From: Macrostomum lignano | Lineage: Eukaryota | Length of the DNA: 64,000 nt | Direction of reading: 5' to 3' | NCBI GenBank assembly: GCA_002269645.1 | Contig: NIVC01001481.1 | Span: 186,001 to 250,000 of the forward strand | Shown here: in pieces, positions 60,058 through 64,000 of the stretch | How positions within the stretch are numbered: the first letter of the stretch is position 1 | Layout: every line of letters begins with the position of its first letter | Made by a program: the position numbers and the translations under genes | The notes under the pieces: model-generated | Databases searched by the model: none | The model's input: the letters and a program-made list of their open reading frames with translations, nothing else | What the model was told of the DNA's origin: nothing

Positions 60058-62233
60058 GCAACTTATACAAAAAGGCCACGATCTACGAGTCTAAAGTGGC
60101 ACATTACTATAAATTATAGAATGGCACTCTACTTTGTACTATCCAAAATGGTGCTGTAGCTGTACTATAAAATAGCATAAAAGTACAAATGTGATCTAAT
60201 AGAAATAAATTCAGCAATAGATCATTTCAATATTTTACAAGTAAGCCAGTCTGCATCATATTTTTTATGCCCAAATGTCCTAGAAAATAAGACTGTCAAA
60301 ACGAAAACCGAAAATTTCAACAAAGCTAGCTGAAGTCTTATCACTGAATTGGGATTATAATTTCGTCCCAATCCGCCCCCTCTCTCAAGACTTGTGTCTC
60401 TTCTCTTTCTCTCCTTTCCTTTCTCCCCTTCTTTCTCCCCTCCTCTCCCCCTCACCTCTCTCATCTCCCTTTCTCATTTCCCCTCTCTCCTCTCTCCTCT
60501 CTTCTCTTCTGTATGGCCCTGAAGTCGCAAAAGTTTGCCCAACCCCTTAGCTAGATCCACTGTCAGTGCCAGTCATTTTCAGCGCAAAAATTCCAGCGCT
60601 AACGGCAGACGCTGTTGTAGTTGTAATAGCAGCAATGGTGACAGACCAACCCTATTACTCTATCCAGCCAGTATTTGAGTCCCGTCGGGGTTGTGAGTCA
60701 GAAATGGCTGACAGTGCGCAGTAAATTACAAAAGAACATATAAGACACAGGAACACAGGGAGGGCAGAGAAGGGGCAGCTGCCCCCCCCCCTCTGTTGGC
60801 ATTCAACAGTCGCTTAATGCCTTATTTGGAGTTAAGAGAGCGCAATTTCTAAGAAATGATATCAGTTGATCAGTGAAGCAATTATATCAAACAGGGGCAG
60901 GAGTTCATGCTCATTGTCCAGTCAGGATTATTAGATGTGTCCATAAACTCCTGACCATGCTTGAAACATTGTTGCCTTCACATCTGGTTAATATAGTGCG
61001 CAACTATTTATAATCATCTGATCGTGACTTGACCTGTATAAGCTATAACTTACCTTACAAGTTGAGATTCTGATGCTCAGACAGTATCGGAGGCTCTCTA
61101 TAAGCGCAGCTTACTGGCTGCAGTAGCGACTAATACCCTGTCTCTGCTTTATATATTGTAGTACGACAAGAGCGCGCCAGTAATTTCTCGGAAATCCTAA
61201 CTCGTCCCGCCCTGGCCGCTCATTCGCTGAAACCCCGAAGTTCCCTTTTTTGAAGTTCAGTTTTATGCTAATAGTCCACAGAACAACTAGAATGTACATT
61301 AGTATAGTGTACACTGACCGCAACCCCCCACCCCCTGGCCCTTATACAGTAGATGCGGATACAATGGTCACGTGACATCTGTAAATTCTACGATTAGCTG
61401 AAGATATATTTTAGCTTTAAAAAAGTGGTCGCATGCGTACGTACGGTGTGAGCTGTGAGACTTGTGAGCTGCATGGACAGCAATTGGTAGCTTGTGCGCC
61501 TGTCATTGTGTTGTGCGTCTGTCTGTCGCAAAAGCACAATTGCGGGCTTGCAGCTATAATATTTTAACTTTATACTGCGGGGCTAGATGAGAAAATCCTG
61601 GCGGTAGACAGCCACCCCACCCCGATTTGCATTTCTTGCATTCTTTTATTTAGCTTGAACTTGAATTATTGTACATTAGAGTCTACCCCGCGCGTACATT
61701 GTTGTATCAGTACATGCATAGACTGTACAATGTGCATGGCGCGCTCTTACAGCAAAAACTGGAACTTCGGTTTTATGCATGCGTGTTAGGCGGTACAACA
61801 ACAGTACCGACTTACAAGGTTGTAAAGCAGTTACATGCAAAGCAATGGAAAGATTGTACGAAAGCTAATATTAGCTTCCAAATTTAGCCATGCCGTCAGT
61901 CAGGTCATCAATAATTGCATCAAAAATCTTTTTTACCAAAAACATTATGACACGAAGCTCGCTATGTTCCTTGTTTCTGTGCTCTTCTATCGATTAATAG
62001 CTATAATTGCTAGTGCTATTAATAGTTTTGACGAGTATTTATTAAAACGAAAGTTCCTTTATTCATGTCTTGAGCTCTGCACATGTCAATTTGGTGCGAA
62101 CGTACCTGGCTGCACTACTGCTTCACAATGGCAGTCAGAAGCTGAGTTGAAGACCTGCGGGTCAATTTACATGTACATGTGCAAAGTGCACATGAACTTG
62201 TAGCTAGCGGCAGAACCGTCGACATAGCAACCC

Positions 62234-62625
62234 CACTAAAATCGCCATCTGACCCACCAAATCCACTAAAATTGCTATCTGACCCACCAAACCTACTAAA
62301 ACCGCCATCTGACCCACCAAACCTACTAATCGCCATATCTGACCAACCAGATCCACTAAAATCGCTATCTGACCCCTATAATCTCCATCTGATCCACCAA
62401 ACCCATTTAAATCTCCATCTGACCCACCAAACCCACTAATTAAATCTCCATCTGACCCACCAAATCCACTAAAATCACCATCTGACCCATTAAAATCGCC
62501 ATATATGACCCACCAAATCCACTTAAATCGCCATATCTGACCCACCAAATCCATTAAAATCGCCATATGACCCAACAAACCCACTAAAATCACCATATCT
62601 GACCCACCAAATCCACCAAAATCGT
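62234..62625. repeat. ~30-bp degenerate minisatellite ATCTGACCCACCAAATCCACTAAAATCGCC
   Basis: Direct periodicity. Confidence 0.92.
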
Positions 62626-63209
62626 AGCTCTCTGACTTTCATAAAATTACTCTTTACTCAACTCTCTCGTTTCACATTACTGTCACCTCATATCAAATAT
62701 TTCTATGCACTTCTTGCATAATACGACAAACGTTACGATCATCTACTTAAAAATATTTATGAAATGAGTCAATTTTAATGAACCTTATTGTCGCGTGCGT
62801 GCTTTCATGCGAGAAAACACGGCATGTAGCTCGTGCATGCAAAAGCAAAACCGAACTTCAAATGATTTTGAGCTGCTGCGCAGTCTTGTCTTGTCTCTTG
62901 TCTTGTTTGTCTCGGTTGCTGCTATACTACGCTTGATTTTTTTTAAGTTCGGTAGATGGAAGGTGCAAAAACAGTGTGGCAACTGCAGCAACTCATGCCC
63001 ATGCCATGCGCTACCGCAGAATTACACAAGTGCGTAGGCGGGCGCGCTGCACATAAACCAGCTGTGTTTATAGATAATGACAAATGACAAAACTATTAGC
63101 TGCATGTATAAAATTTTGTGTTGTAAGCTTGTGTCTAAATGTTGTTAATAATAACTGAATTTCTACTGTACATGTACTACATTTTGAGAATTGGTGTTGT
63201 TAGAACAAT

Positions 63210-63427
63210 CATTTTGGCGCCAGAGCTAGGCACTCATTTTGGCGCCGGAGCTAGGCACCCATTTTGGCGCCAGAGCTAGGCACTCATTTTGGCGCCATGT
63301 GGAGCTAGGCACTCATTTTGGCGCCAGAGCTAGACACTCATTTTGGCGCCAGAGCTAGGCACTCATTTTGGCGCCAGAGCTAGGCACTCATTTTGGCGCT
63401 ATATTTTGGCGCTATATTTTGGCGCCC
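63210..63427. repeat. 25-bp minisatellite ATTTTGGCGCCAGAGCTAGGCACTC, ~8 copies
   Basis: Direct periodicity. Confidence 0.93.
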
Positions 63428-63550
63428 TAAAGCGAAATTTGACTTCACAATGGGCAACAAGGTGGGGTGGGGGGACTAAGCTTCATTGGCATGTCCCCAA
63501 GCTAGCTGTCCCCCCGCGGTGGCAACGCCTCTGATGAGATGTACATATTG

Positions 63551-63844
63551 CATAATAATAATAATAATTGATGACGCCTTAATGGGCAGATGTGCAACCG
63601 ACAGCTCAGCCGCAGCTACATGTATTGGGCTGTTCAGTCCAAGTACTGGGGGGTCACCCACACACCCTCAATCACTCCAACTAATGCTGGCACCGATTTT
63701 ACATCTAGGTGAACTGAAGCAATGGAGAGTTAAGTCTTAAGTGTCTTGCTCAAGGAAACAAATTGTTCCGACTGGGTCGAGAGTCGAACCCCCGACCTTC
63801 AAGTTGTGAGTCCGACGCTCTGACCATTAGGCTGCAACCGGCCC
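63551..63844 (-). mobile_element. tRNA-derived SINE with CORE-like central domain, full length
   Basis: The minus strand has a tRNA-like head (GCAGCCTAATGGTCAGAGCG A-box, GGTTCGACTC B-box). Then CCTTGAGCAAGACACTTAA..CTTCAGTTCACCTAGATGTAAAATCGG, which resembles the CORE consensus, and an (ATT)n tail. A second copy lies at 21760-22001. Confidence 0.75.
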
Positions 63845-64000
63845 TAGAGGTCATGCATGCAGACAGACTACAAAAGTACAAGAATTCTTTACACATGTAG
63901 ATTCATACATGTACGAATTAGTATAGTAACTGATTACATGTACTGTACAAGGTCGAGACAAGAATTTATTAGCAGCTTGTGCTAAAAATTAGATTGGCAC

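Noticed and set aside
60840-61330. Possible minus-strand exon with a GTAAGT donor near 61050
   Set aside because: No open frame with homology and no partner exon. It could be non-coding but cannot be supported.
642-63427. Enrichment of palindromes (AGATCT, ACCGGT, TGTACA, TTCGAA, GGCGCC) in array units
   Set aside because: A rough expectation (about 0.4 six-base palindromes per 25-bp unit) is close to what is seen; not convincing without a formal test.
63770-63844. Second tRNA gene
   Set aside because: The tRNA-like head lacks a clean cloverleaf and runs directly into a SINE body that has a second copy at 21760-22001.

Overview
This is eukaryotic (animal) genomic DNA. GC-rich, polyQ-rich exons and repeat-filled introns suggest a Macrostomum-like flatworm, but that is an inference from style, not a database match. 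I assembled six spliced genes by hand from the ORF track plus GT-AG sites, checking intron phases. On the + strand: EPS8-like (5'-partial, 2-6541), adenylate kinase AK1-like (9116-12249, two apparent 1-bp deletions), ZNF830-like (16229-18310) and an Amt ammonium transporter (18793-26753). On the - strand: a MOV10L1/Armitage-like SF1 RNA helicase (36777-29517) and MED25-like (50374-38872), with a tRNA-Glu(TTC) gene between them. From about 50.4 kb to 64 kb I found no supportable gene, only nested DNA transposons/MITEs, a CORE-like tRNA-SINE and tandem arrays. The most striking property is that 22 of the 24 introns longer than 300 bp carry tandem repeat arrays, almost all with units private to that intron. 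Several arrays appear to be amplified copies of the adjacent splice junction or stop-codon region, or carry splice-site-like motifs in every unit. Almost all long ORFs in the supplied track that lie over these arrays are spurious. Array boundaries and copy numbers are approximate by-eye estimates.
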